DNA of 64,000 bases from Chloroflexota bacterium (GTDB taxonomy: Bacteria > Chloroflexota > UBA11872 > VXOZ01), in NCBI GenBank assembly GCA_965221905.1, contig OZ244922.1, forward strand, positions 2,848,001 to 2,912,000. The letters are read 5' to 3'. Below are positions 47,023 through 56,650 of this stretch, piece after piece (the stretch's first letter is position 1; each line of letters starts with the position of its first letter). A model generated the notes under the pieces. The model had not been told where the DNA came from and ran no database searches. It saw only the letters and a list, made by a program, of their open reading frames with translations. The translations under genes and the position numbers were made by a program.

Positions 47023-48153
47023 CTAGCGCAGCGGCGCAGCATAGATCTGTCCGCCCTTCGGGCAGTCAGAGCAAGGCGCATTCGACCACAGCGCATTGCG
47101 CGAACCCTCACGCGGCAGATTGACGTCCGTCTCCGGACCCAAGTTCCGCGCATAGATCTCGCCATAGTTGCCTACTGCCTTGATAACGTTCTGGCCCACT
47201 AGCTGATCAAGTCCCAACTCATCTTGACCAAATGAGCCTTCCGTGCCCAGCAGACGCTTCGCCTTAACGTTATCGCCATCAGCCATGGCGTCAACGTTAC
47301 CAGAGTTGATGCCGTAAGCTTCGCCGTAGATTAGGATGCTCATCACGGTCTTCACAATGTCGAACCATTGCTCGTCACCGTGGGGCACCACCGGTCCTAG
47401 CGGCTCCTCAGAGATCGTCTCCGGCAGAATAATGTGGTTCTCTGGATCAGTTAGAGCGGTCCGCAGTGCCGCAAGCTGTGAGCGGTCGTTTGTGAACACT
47501 TCGCACGCGCCACTCTGGTAGGCCTCCAAGACCAAGTCCGTATCTTCATAGACCTTTGGATTGTATTCCAAGTTGTTCTGGCGGAAGAAGTCGGCCATGT
47601 TCAACTCGGTGGTAGTACCGCTGGTCACACACACCGCTGCACCGCCCAACTCGTAGGCGCTCGTCACGCCCAGGCTCTTGGGAACCATGAAGCCCTGGCC
47701 GTCGTAGAACATCGTCTGCGCGTAGTTACCCCATGCAGCATCGCGCGAGGTCGTCCACGTGACGGTGCGTACGAGCAAGTCCACCTCGCCCGACTGGACG
47801 GTAGGTCCGCGCTCGGCAGCCGTAATCAAGCGGATTTCAAATGCATCCGGGTCGTTCAGCACGGCCGCTGCCACGGCGCGGCAAAGGTCAATGTCGAAGC
47901 CCACGCTATTGCCGGCCTCGTCTATGGAACCGTAGCCCGGCACATCGTTGCGGCTAGCGCAAATGACGTGACCACGTTCACGCACGGTGTCCAGACGTGA
48001 AGTCATAGCCGGAGCTTCCATCACCTCGGTCTTGGCTTCGGCATCTTTTTCCATCTCTCCCGAATCCGCCTCGTCATCACCGCACGCCACACTGAAAAGC
48101 AGCGCGAGCATAACGCCCAAAACGACCAGGAGCTTACAAAGATTTCTCATCAT
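47023..48153 (-). CDS. aapJ: Amino acid ABC transporter substrate-binding lipoprotein (AapJ/BztA-like, paralog 1)
   Basis: Lipobox SVAC; same motifs as the neighbouring SBP; GGAGGGG RBS. Confidence 0.85.
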   Translation of the reverse strand: MMRNLCKLLVVLGVMLALLFSVACGDDEADSGEMEKDAEAKTEVMEAPAMTSRLDTVRERGHVICASRNDVPGYGSIDEAGNSVGFDIDLCRAVAAAVLNDPDAFEIRLITAAERGPTVQSGEVDLLVRTVTWTTSRDAAWGNYAQTMFYDGQGFMVPKSLGVTSAYELGGAAVCVTSGTTTELNMADFFRQNNLEYNPKVYEDTDLVLEAYQSGACEVFTNDRSQLAALRTALTDPENHIILPETISEEPLGPVVPHGDEQWFDIVKTVMSILIYGEAYGINSGNVDAMADGDNVKAKRLLGTEGSFGQDELGLDQLVGQNVIKAVGNYGEIYARNLGPETDVNLPREGSRNALWSNAPCSDCPKGGQIYAAPLR

Positions 48154-48380
48154 TTCCCCTCCCTCATAGCACCTCTTCGTGCTTTGATATTGCGATCCAT
48201 TATATTGACTACACTTTCCCGTTGCAACTAAGAAAACTTCCCTATCAACATCGACTTGCGACCGGCATCTAGCCTCGTTGCCAAGCACAGCTTGACTTGC
48301 AGCCATACAGAGATGTCTCCTAGGCCTCCTTTCAATCGCAAATCACTAAACTGCGGTGCCGGAATAACTTGAATCTAGGG

Positions 48381-49322
48381 CTAACCAACCACCACGGACT
48401 GCTGCGCAAGCACACGTTCCGCTTCACGAGTTGAACGATCGTGGTATTCCACCCAATTCTCAAGACCGTACTCGCTCTTGATGCGTGACATCGGCCACGC
48501 GTCGTCGTTGGATTCCACCATGAATACGCCGTCGTCCCGTGTACCTATTATAGTTACCCTGTGCCCGAGATCCGTCTGCATCTGGCGAATCTGCTCGTAT
48601 TGCATGTCGTAGTGGAAAACTTCAGCTTCAAGATCAACCGTACTGTGAGCCACGTGCACGCCCAAGCCACTGGCGGCAACCTCGTCACCGAGTTTGTTAA
48701 TGATGCGGGAGCGTCCGCCGCTCACAGACGAAACAATTACATAACTATGCAGCCAGGCATAGGCACGCAGGCGCAAGCCGCCGTCGCACATGCTTGGGAA
48801 GACTACCAGCTCGGCCCCTGCCGCGCCGACCCGCGCCCACTCTTCCGGATAGTCAACGTCGAAGCAGATGAGCATACCCACCCTGCCAAAATCCGTCTCG
48901 AAAACCGGCATGTCGGTGTAGAAACCGGGCACCGTCCCTGCCTCGAGCTCTCCCAGCGTAGGATGGACCTTGTCATATTGACCGACGATTTCGCCCTGAC
49001 GATCAAAGAGGACGCTGGTATTGAGCCGCACGTTACCGCGCACCTCACACATGCCGGCAACGACATACATGCCGTGCTGACGGGCCTTTTCCGCATAGAC
49101 GTCTGAGGTCGGGCCGGGAATGGGTTCCCATGCTTTCTCACGTTCCTCCGCGTCGCCCGATAGGCCCAAAATAGTGAACTCTTCCGGCAAGCAGGCAAGA
49201 TCAGCGCCCAAGCCTCCCATCCGATCCAGCAGTTCCGCCGCCAACTCGTGATTTGCGGTGATCGTCGGGCGGCTGCTCATGTGGCCGACGCACGCAGTGG
49301 CTACCAACGCTTTGCGCGGCAT
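48381..49322 (-). CDS. Carbon-nitrogen hydrolase (nitrilase superfamily)
   Basis: E-K-C triad in CLPEE, YDKVHP, ICFD. Confidence 0.9.
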   Translation of the reverse strand: MPRKALVATACVGHMSSRPTITANHELAAELLDRMGGLGADLACLPEEFTILGLSGDAEEREKAWEPIPGPTSDVYAEKARQHGMYVVAGMCEVRGNVRLNTSVLFDRQGEIVGQYDKVHPTLGELEAGTVPGFYTDMPVFETDFGRVGMLICFDVDYPEEWARVGAAGAELVVFPSMCDGGLRLRAYAWLHSYVIVSSVSGGRSRIINKLGDEVAASGLGVHVAHSTVDLEAEVFHYDMQYEQIRQMQTDLGHRVTIIGTRDDGVFMVESNDDAWPMSRIKSEYGLENWVEYHDRSTREAERVLAQQSVVVG

Positions 49323-49586
49323 GCTCTTTGCTCCTCATTGAAAGAGAATAAGTTCAAGGAAAAGCGTGTGTTCATTCACTAGAGTATACTCTATTTCGGC
49401 AAAGTCAAACTAGCCTTTTTGTCAGATAGAGCCTCTTTTTGCGGGCTATGGCTTCCACCCGGTCTCGACCGATATCCGCTGAATGGTGTCCTGGCTGCAG
49501 GGTACACACAGTAGAGTCCTGCAGCCAAACTTCTCGAGCATCTTAAAGACGCCGGATTATTGCTCCTCAGTCTACTTGGACAGTCT

Positions 49587-50963
49587 CTACAGTCCTAGTC
49601 GTTCTGCCCACTCGTCCAGCGAATCCTGCCCGGCCTTCTCATACTGGGCGAGTGCTTCGGGAATAGTAGTCTTGCCGTCTTTGAGATCATTCAGCATCGT
49701 GTTGACCTCTCTGCGAATTACGGCAATCCCCGGCACGCCAAGCCAGAAATGAGCGCCCTCCATCTGGGCGATGACAAACTCCTTGAACGGGTCGCCTTCG
49801 GTGTAGTCCGCACTCTGTGCAGTGGCCTTCTGCACAGGGATGCGATCCATCGCAATCGACCACTTCAAATCAATATCGGGGCGGTACATGAAGTCCAGGA
49901 AGGCAAAACCTCCATCAGGATTCTCGCTGCCGCTCGGCAGGCAGAGCGCCCAGTCGCCTGTGTACGTGGCCAATTCGCCGCCTTCTGACGGCAAGCCATA
50001 ACTTGCATAGACCCAGCTGAGCCCTTCGAACCCGCTTATAGTGGGACGAGACGCATTCGTCGCGTATAGGTGCGTCATAATCCCGTTACCGAATTGCTGG
50101 TTGAAGTTGGTGCCCTCATGGAAAGCCTTGATCGCCGGCCAACCGCCCTGGGCCGCAAATTGCTTCATATGCCACTGCAGCGCCCACACCGCCTTCTCAT
50201 TGTTAACAGTGAATTTAGAGCGGTCGTCGCTGAAAATCGACCCGCCCTGCTGCCAGTAAGGTACCATCCATTGCGCGGAACCGCCGGAGCCGCGGTAGGG
50301 ATCCCAGGATAATCGCGCAACCTTGTCCCCTTCCGCTTTGAAAGTCTTGAGTACCGCGGAATCCATCTCGTCCCAGGTTGCGGGCGGGTTTTCGGGGTCA
50401 AGCCCGGCTTCTAAGTAGTGCTCCGCATTGATGTAAAGGAGCCGCGTATCTATGCTATAGGGCAACGCGGACCGTTGACCGCGGTAAGTGGTCTGCTTAT
50501 CGGCATCCGGCCACATCTTTTCGGGCGCCACGTTCTCGGAGGTCTTCTGGTACGAATCGAGCCAGCGAGTCACTTCTAGCAGAGCCCACTCATTCTGAAT
50601 CCACGACTGGGTCTTCACCACGTCGGGAGCGGTGCCCGCGGCGACTACGGTAGCCACGTCATTGAAACCGCCATTTGGCTGTGGATTGGAAACCATGGTG
50701 TAGCCGCTGGTGGCATCGAATTCCCCTTTGATTTCCTGAGGAACGGGTGCCTGCCCGAAGTCCCAATTGTTAAAGCCGTGGTGCCACACAATGACATCTT
50801 TGACTTCCGGTTCCGGTTGAGCTTCCGGTTGCTTGGCTTCAGGCTGGGCCTCTGCCTCCCCAGCACTCGGAGCAGTCACCGCCTGCCCACAAGAGCCAAG
50901 TAGTATAGCGCCGCCAATTAGCGGTGTGGCTCCCAAAATTGTACGCCGTGAAAAACGGGACAT
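49587..50963 (-). CDS. Extracellular solute-binding protein (family 1), Tat lipoprotein
   Basis: FSRRTIL...LGSC, AGTAPDV, ALPYSID, GLDPENPPATWDEM. Confidence 0.85.
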   Translation of the reverse strand: MSRFSRRTILGATPLIGGAILLGSCGQAVTAPSAGEAEAQPEAKQPEAQPEPEVKDVIVWHHGFNNWDFGQAPVPQEIKGEFDATSGYTMVSNPQPNGGFNDVATVVAAGTAPDVVKTQSWIQNEWALLEVTRWLDSYQKTSENVAPEKMWPDADKQTTYRGQRSALPYSIDTRLLYINAEHYLEAGLDPENPPATWDEMDSAVLKTFKAEGDKVARLSWDPYRGSGGSAQWMVPYWQQGGSIFSDDRSKFTVNNEKAVWALQWHMKQFAAQGGWPAIKAFHEGTNFNQQFGNGIMTHLYATNASRPTISGFEGLSWVYASYGLPSEGGELATYTGDWALCLPSGSENPDGGFAFLDFMYRPDIDLKWSIAMDRIPVQKATAQSADYTEGDPFKEFVIAQMEGAHFWLGVPGIAVIRREVNTMLNDLKDGKTTIPEALAQYEKAGQDSLDEWAERLGL

Positions 50964-51501
50964 ATTGCAACTCCTTTACCTACCAACCTTAGGAACCACC
51001 GTTCTCCTGCGCAAACCAGTAAATCCTGTAAGAACACTCAAGCGCAGACATACAGCAAGGATATCACAATCAATTCAATTGCAATAGCCAATTCTGCGAG
51101 CCATCATTCATGTCAAATCCCGCTACAAAAACGCAAAAGAGATGTGGGGGTTGACATACGGGCTGGGGGTTATTGCAGTATCCCACGCGTTGGCCTGCAA
51201 GACCGGGCAGCAGTTTTCATGTGCTTGCCGGATTTAGAAATGCGATTAGGCCGTTCGCGCCTGCTCGAATACATCTGAATGCGGTACGGTGACCATGCGT
51301 CAATGAATCTCGGTATCAATGCCCGACCACGCAAGGCGGTCTCGAAGAGATCACCCGGGTCGTTACACAGAGCTCTGGGCTTGGATTGGGAAACATTGTG
51401 AATCATGCTTGCCGTCTAGTATGGTAGGAATTAGAGGGCAGCCGATCGCTTCCACCGCCCCTTACACCCGACTCTTCATGCAATAGGCACATTGACCACA
51501 C

Positions 51502-52968
51502 GTGGGCATCAGGATCTTACATACCAACGACTTGCATGGCTTCGTGCGCGCCGCGCCGCGCCTGGCGCACCGCGTGCAAGCAGAGCGCGCGCAACACGAC
51601 ACTGTCCTCTTCATAGACGTTGGTGACTTCTTTCGACTAAATCGCCACCGCCGTCCGCAAGATGATGACCACGTGACAGCCTGGACTCTGCGCTCGCTTG
51701 GGTACGACATCGTTACGCCCGGGAATTCGGAACTCTCGCGCTTCGATCCTTGGCATCTGGACTTCTTGATCGCTCAGAACTGCGGCGCCATGCTCTGCAC
51801 CAGCGGGTTCAACGCGCGTCTCCCAGCCTCGTGCCGACCCTACCGCGTGTTTACGCTGGATGGCATTCGGGTCTTGTTCATCGGTATCTGCACGGAAGAT
51901 GACCATTGGGACCTCGCGTCGCCCGCCAATAACTTCTACTCTTCGGCACGCCGTTCGGCGGCAAAGACCGCAAGCTTGGTCAACGCTTACCGCGACCGGG
52001 TTGATATGGTCATTGTGCTCTCACATTCCGGTATGGCGCAGGACATCCTGCTTGCCGAACAGATTCCAGAGATAGATCTCATTCTCAGCGGCCATTGCCA
52101 CCATCCAACACTAAGGCCGATCTGCATTGGTAAGACGAAAATCGTCCAGGCCGGCCTCAACGGCATGTTTATGGGTCAGGTGGATATAACATCCTCAGAT
52201 GGGAAACCTGTGATTGAGTCTATGCTGCATTCCATTGACGCGGAATCCCCTGAGGACCCGGTGATGGAGCGCCTTCTGCGCCTGCAGGGCCGACGGAAAG
52301 ACCCCGAAATGCTGCGAACCATCGGCACTGCCGGGGAGAATGTGGGACAGGGCTACCTTTCGAGCAATGGGCTAGGCAACACGGTCACGGACATTTGGCG
52401 CAAGGCGACAGGCGCCGATATTGCTTGGACGAAGGCGACCTTTATCACGCCGCTCTTTGCTCCAGGCCATGCGCTTACGGCCTGGGATATCCAGCTCTGC
52501 ATCAGAGGGTTCCCTCTCTCAAAAATGCTGACGCTGACAGGCAATCAAGTCCGGCAGGCGCTCGAACACAGTGTCGCAGACCAATCGTATGCCTTCTTGC
52601 CAACCGATCGGCGTGACGAACTCGTGGGGCATCTGGAATCCGCGTCGGCCCAGCCGGGCTGTAATTTCCTCCACCAATCCGGCATGCAGGTTCACGTCGA
52701 CTTGACGCAACCGTTCGGCGAACGAGTGCAAGAGATTCGAGTGGGTGACAAACCGCTGCAGCCGGAGGCTATGTACCGTGTGGCGATGGACGCATTCCAC
52801 GCCAGAGGCGGATCGGCGTTTACGATGCTTGCCGATGCCCAAAGCCGAGAGGATCTAAGCATGGAAAACCCGATTGAGGCGTACGTGCGCGAGAATGGGA
52901 CTCTCGAGGGTACGCTCGATGAGCGCTACAGCATCGTTGGGGCCACAGCGCTTGCCGCGCCGGCATGA
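51502..52968 (+). CDS. 5'-nucleotidase/UDP-sugar hydrolase family protein (metallophosphatase + 5'-NT C-terminal domain), no signal peptide
   Basis: HTNDLHG, DVGD, GNSE, LSHSG, SGHCH, LTGNQVRQALEHS, FLHQSG. Confidence 0.82.
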   Translation: MGIRILHTNDLHGFVRAAPRLAHRVQAERAQHDTVLFIDVGDFFRLNRHRRPQDDDHVTAWTLRSLGYDIVTPGNSELSRFDPWHLDFLIAQNCGAMLCTSGFNARLPASCRPYRVFTLDGIRVLFIGICTEDDHWDLASPANNFYSSARRSAAKTASLVNAYRDRVDMVIVLSHSGMAQDILLAEQIPEIDLILSGHCHHPTLRPICIGKTKIVQAGLNGMFMGQVDITSSDGKPVIESMLHSIDAESPEDPVMERLLRLQGRRKDPEMLRTIGTAGENVGQGYLSSNGLGNTVTDIWRKATGADIAWTKATFITPLFAPGHALTAWDIQLCIRGFPLSKMLTLTGNQVRQALEHSVADQSYAFLPTDRRDELVGHLESASAQPGCNFLHQSGMQVHVDLTQPFGERVQEIRVGDKPLQPEAMYRVAMDAFHARGGSAFTMLADAQSREDLSMENPIEAYVRENGTLEGTLDERYSIVGATALAAPA

Positions 52969-52992
52969 CCGCAGCATGAACGTCGAGTACAC

Positions 52993-53889
52993 GTGATTCG
53001 CACGCTGCTTTCACTCACCGCTATCGGGGCCCTTGGCGTGGGGGCTTACGGAGCCTTCATTGAGCCATACCGCCTGGGCGTGCGGCGCGTCCGCGTGCCT
53101 GTATCGTCCCTCCGCGCACCCAATGTCGCTATTCGCATTCTCCATATTACCGACTTGCACTTTCGCGCTGGGGATTCGCGGCGGGTGCGCATGCTGCAGC
53201 AGCTTTCCGAATTGAAACCCGATCTCCTGCTCCTGACGGGCGACCTTATCCACGGCGGTCGTGATCCTGACGCCGAACTGCAGACGGTTCTTGAGGCGCT
53301 CGCGCCATTCCGCGCCAACTATGGCGCTTACGCCGTGCTTGGAAATCACGACCACGTGCGCCGCCACCGCATACGAAGCTGGTTCGGGCACCCGTTGCAC
53401 TTTCACGATACGAGTAACCTGGTGCGGACGCTGGAGTCCCACCAAATTCGAGTTCTCACCAACACCCATGCCAACGTTACTATTCACGGACAGCCCCTCA
53501 CACTCGTTGGCGTGGACGATCCCTTCTACTGGCTTGATGACATTCAGCGTGCGACGGCGGGAGCGCCAAAGGACACCACGCGCTTGCTGCTGGCGCACAC
53601 GCCCGACATCATTCGCACCTTGGGCGACGAACGGTTTGATCTCATACTTTCCGGCCACACGCACGGCGGGCAAATACGCTTGTCGGAGAGCATCGTTTGG
53701 CATACAAACACGCGCATCAAGCTGCCGCGCAACTCCGGCTTGATGCGGGTCGGAGACCACCTCGTCTATTGCTCCGGCGGCATTGGGGTCTCCGTGCTGC
53801 CAATCCGCCTCAATTGCCCGCCCGAAGTGGGATGGATCGAGCTTGTGGCGGCACAGCCTGCAGAGCCGCAGCGCTCTGCAACAGCGTAG
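52993..53889 (+). CDS. Metallophosphoesterase (YkuE/YaeI-like)
   Basis: TDLH, TGD, GNHD, AHTPD, SGHTHGGQ, RLNCPPE. Confidence 0.9.
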   Translation: MIRTLLSLTAIGALGVGAYGAFIEPYRLGVRRVRVPVSSLRAPNVAIRILHITDLHFRAGDSRRVRMLQQLSELKPDLLLLTGDLIHGGRDPDAELQTVLEALAPFRANYGAYAVLGNHDHVRRHRIRSWFGHPLHFHDTSNLVRTLESHQIRVLTNTHANVTIHGQPLTLVGVDDPFYWLDDIQRATAGAPKDTTRLLLAHTPDIIRTLGDERFDLILSGHTHGGQIRLSESIVWHTNTRIKLPRNSGLMRVGDHLVYCSGGIGVSVLPIRLNCPPEVGWIELVAAQPAEPQRSATA

Positions 53890-53897
53890 CAGCACAG

Positions 53898-54575
53898 ATG
53901 CTAGGCCCTATCTTACGTCTCCTCTTTTCCTTCATCCTGCTGCCGCTGCTCTTAGTCCTTCTCCATGTGCAAGCAGTCTCGCTGGCATTCTCCAACATGG
54001 GTCTGTCACCTACGCTTGTGATCATAATCTTCTACCTCTCTCTGCTGGGGAGCTTCGTAAACGTCCCCATTTCGCGCCGCAGGATTCGGGTAGAAAGGAA
54101 GTCGCTGCTGCCCTTTCCCTTTTTCCTCCCGCTCTTCTACTACCCGCCGCGCGTACAAGAGCAAGTGGTCGCGGTGAACGTGGGCGGCGCGGTGGTCCCT
54201 CTATTGCTATCGCTCTACGTCTTGCCGAAGGCGCCAATGGGTAGTGTGCTCTTGGCTACCTCGGTAGTGGCCGCCGTATGCTTCGCGCTGGCGCGTCCGG
54301 TAGAGGGCGTGGGAATCACCATGCCCGCGCTAATACCGCCAATCATCGCAGCCGTACTGGCGTATCTGCTCGTCCCCGATCCTGTAGGGCGCACCGCGGT
54401 GGCCTACACGGCCGGGGTACTGGGCACCCTGATCGGTGCTGACATCCTCAATTTACCGCGCATCCACCGACTGGGCCGACTTAGTCGCAGTCGCGCTCAC
54501 GTTGTCAGCATTGGCGGGGCGGGGGTCTTTGATGGTATCTTCCTGGTAGGTATCTTGGCAGCAATTCTCACGTGA
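53898..54575 (+). CDS. DUF1614 membrane protein
   Basis: LGSFVNVP, AVNVGGAVVP, ARPVEGVGI, GTLIGADILNL, SIGGAGVFDGIF. Confidence 0.85.
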   Translation: MLGPILRLLFSFILLPLLLVLLHVQAVSLAFSNMGLSPTLVIIIFYLSLLGSFVNVPISRRRIRVERKSLLPFPFFLPLFYYPPRVQEQVVAVNVGGAVVPLLLSLYVLPKAPMGSVLLATSVVAAVCFALARPVEGVGITMPALIPPIIAAVLAYLLVPDPVGRTAVAYTAGVLGTLIGADILNLPRIHRLGRLSRSRAHVVSIGGAGVFDGIFLVGILAAILT

Positions 54576-54582
54576 GGAAGCA

Positions 54583-55800
54583 ATGAGCACAGCAGAAGTA
54601 CAAACACGAGTCCGCGCACTGCAACCGGAACTCGTAGCCATACGCAGAGAAATCCACCAACACCCCGAAGTAGCCTTTGAACTGGATAGAACGACTCGCA
54701 TTGTCGCTGACCGCCTCGCGGCATCAGGCTGGGAAGTTGAGACGGACGTGGGCGGGCAGGGCGTGGTCGGCATCCTGCACGGCAGCCGCCCCGGAAAGGT
54801 GCTCGCTATCCGTCCCGACATGGACGCACTGCCTTTCCCAGACTGGAAGCAAGTGCCCTACGCCTCGCAAACCCCAGACGTGATGCACGCCTGCGGACAC
54901 GACGCCCACACGGCTATTGGGATCGGCATCGCCGACATCCTCGCGAACATGCGCGACCAGTTCCAAGGGACGGTCAAGCTGCTCTTCGATCCGGCAGAGG
55001 AGACGGGCGGGGCATCTGAAGCCCTGGGCGGCCCGCCGTGCGGACCCAAGGCGCTCCGCGCCGCCGGCGTGCTCGAGAATCCCAAGGTGGACGCCCTGAT
55101 GGGGTTTCACAACCTGCCGGAGATTCCCGTTGGACAGGTCTGGGTGCGCTCCGGCGTTATCTTCACCGGCTACGATACGTTTGCAATGGAAGTTACGGGA
55201 AAAGAGACCCACGCCGCGCGCCGCCATCAGGGCAAGGACGCAATTCTAGCAGCGAGCAACGTCATCCAAACGCTCTATGGGGCCGGTTCCCGCATGGCGC
55301 CGGCAAACCAGGTCTACTCCCTGAACATCGGCCTCATCGAGGGCGGCAAAGACTACAACCTGATTCCATCTACGGTTAGAATGAGGGGCACCGTGCGCTG
55401 CGGCGACCTCCCTACCCGCGCGGACCTCGGCAAGCGCTTGGAAGCCCTCGTGCATCCCGCGGCGGAGAGCGCGGACTGCACCGTGGATTTCAAATTTACC
55501 CCCGGCAATCCACCAGTGGTCAACGAGCCCGCCTTGACCTCGCTCGTGCATGAAACTGCAGCTTCAGTGCTTGGCACGGAGAACGCCGTGATAATGGACG
55601 CCCCCCTGCTCATTGGGGATACGTTCTGCTTCCTGGCAGAAGGGGTGCCCAGCGTCTACTGGCTGTTCGGCTCCGGCAATGCCGAACGCGGAATCACCCA
55701 TCCGCTCCACCACAGCCTCTACGACCTCGACGAAGCTTCCATCGGACACGCGCTGCAAGTAGCAGTTGAAGCCAGCCTGGCGTATCTCAACGGCAGCTAG
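54583..55800 (+). CDS. M20 family amidohydrolase/metallopeptidase (AbgB/HipO-like)
   Basis: RREIHQHPE, RPDMDAL, HACGHD, PAEE, PLHH. Confidence 0.9.
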   Translation: MSTAEVQTRVRALQPELVAIRREIHQHPEVAFELDRTTRIVADRLAASGWEVETDVGGQGVVGILHGSRPGKVLAIRPDMDALPFPDWKQVPYASQTPDVMHACGHDAHTAIGIGIADILANMRDQFQGTVKLLFDPAEETGGASEALGGPPCGPKALRAAGVLENPKVDALMGFHNLPEIPVGQVWVRSGVIFTGYDTFAMEVTGKETHAARRHQGKDAILAASNVIQTLYGAGSRMAPANQVYSLNIGLIEGGKDYNLIPSTVRMRGTVRCGDLPTRADLGKRLEALVHPAAESADCTVDFKFTPGNPPVVNEPALTSLVHETAASVLGTENAVIMDAPLLIGDTFCFLAEGVPSVYWLFGSGNAERGITHPLHHSLYDLDEASIGHALQVAVEASLAYLNGS

Positions 55801-55892
55801 GTCTGTTTCAGAACAGAGAACGCAAGCCGATCCTCACCTCCAGTTCAGCAACTGGATGAGTTTGCAATGCAGAAGAACAGCTACTTCTGCAG

Positions 55893-56324
55893 TCAGCCTG
55901 GCAGGTACGCTAGCAACTCCGGCTCGATATCCTCCAACGGGAGGGCTTCATGGCAGATTGTGACGTCCGGCAACGATCCGCCAGGAAGCCAAATAATGCG
56001 CCCAACCACCAGATTATTCGCAACGAAGAGCACCAGTATGCGCGCGTGCGGGTAGCGGGCATGGAGGAATTCCGCAAACGGCAGCATGCGCTCCCGGCGT
56101 TGGGCGTCATCGAAGCCGTGCCACGTCGCTACCGAAGGCTCATCCAGCGGCATGACGATTAGATTGGCGGCGATTACCGCGGGCCGATATTCATCATCCG
56201 TGCCGGCTCCATCCATGCTCTCCGGATTGAGCGAGAGGAAGGCGTCGCAATTCCAATGCTCGCGCTTCTCCTGTCGGGAAATGTGGTCAGCGGCGGAGCG
56301 CGCTTCTCGGTTATTGCCTGCCAT
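55893..56324 (-). CDS. Hypothetical protein
   Basis: 143-aa ATG ORF filling the gap between the M20 gene and mutL; no motif recognised. Confidence 0.5.
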   Translation of the reverse strand: MAGNNREARSAADHISRQEKREHWNCDAFLSLNPESMDGAGTDDEYRPAVIAANLIVMPLDEPSVATWHGFDDAQRRERMLPFAEFLHARYPHARILVLFVANNLVVGRIIWLPGGSLPDVTICHEALPLEDIEPELLAYLPG

Positions 56325-56448
56325 GATTGTCGTTAGCCCCTGTTTGGGAAAACTGAGTCTTCGTTTTTAAAGCGGAGGACAAGCCCTAATATTGTCGCAT
56401 TAACTTTTCTGGCAAGGAACATGGCGCTTTCATTGCCCCACATCTCCG

Positions 56449-56594
56449 GTAGCGCAGGTTTGCAACCTGCGTCTGTTTTAGGGTCAATCCCTTGCGCACC
56501 CGTTTCTCTCAGCGAAAATGCTAAAGACGCGCCCTGTGCTGCTGACGTGGCCGCAGTTCCGCGTGCTCTGGCGGGGGACAAGCCCCCGCGCTAC
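56449..56594. repeat. Facing pair of GTAG-type REPs (REPIN-like)
   Basis: GTAGCGCAGGTTTGCAACCTGCG at 56449 and GCGGGGGACAAGCCCCCGCGCTAC at 56571-56594; related copy at 30331. Confidence 0.7.
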
Positions 56595-56650
56595 ATTTCA
56601 TCTTTCGTCTGGGCAGTCATACCCACTACACTATGGAATTTTATTCTTGG

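Noticed and set aside
53011-53895. 294-aa minus-strand ORF
   Set aside because: Antisense shadow of the metallophosphoesterase gene
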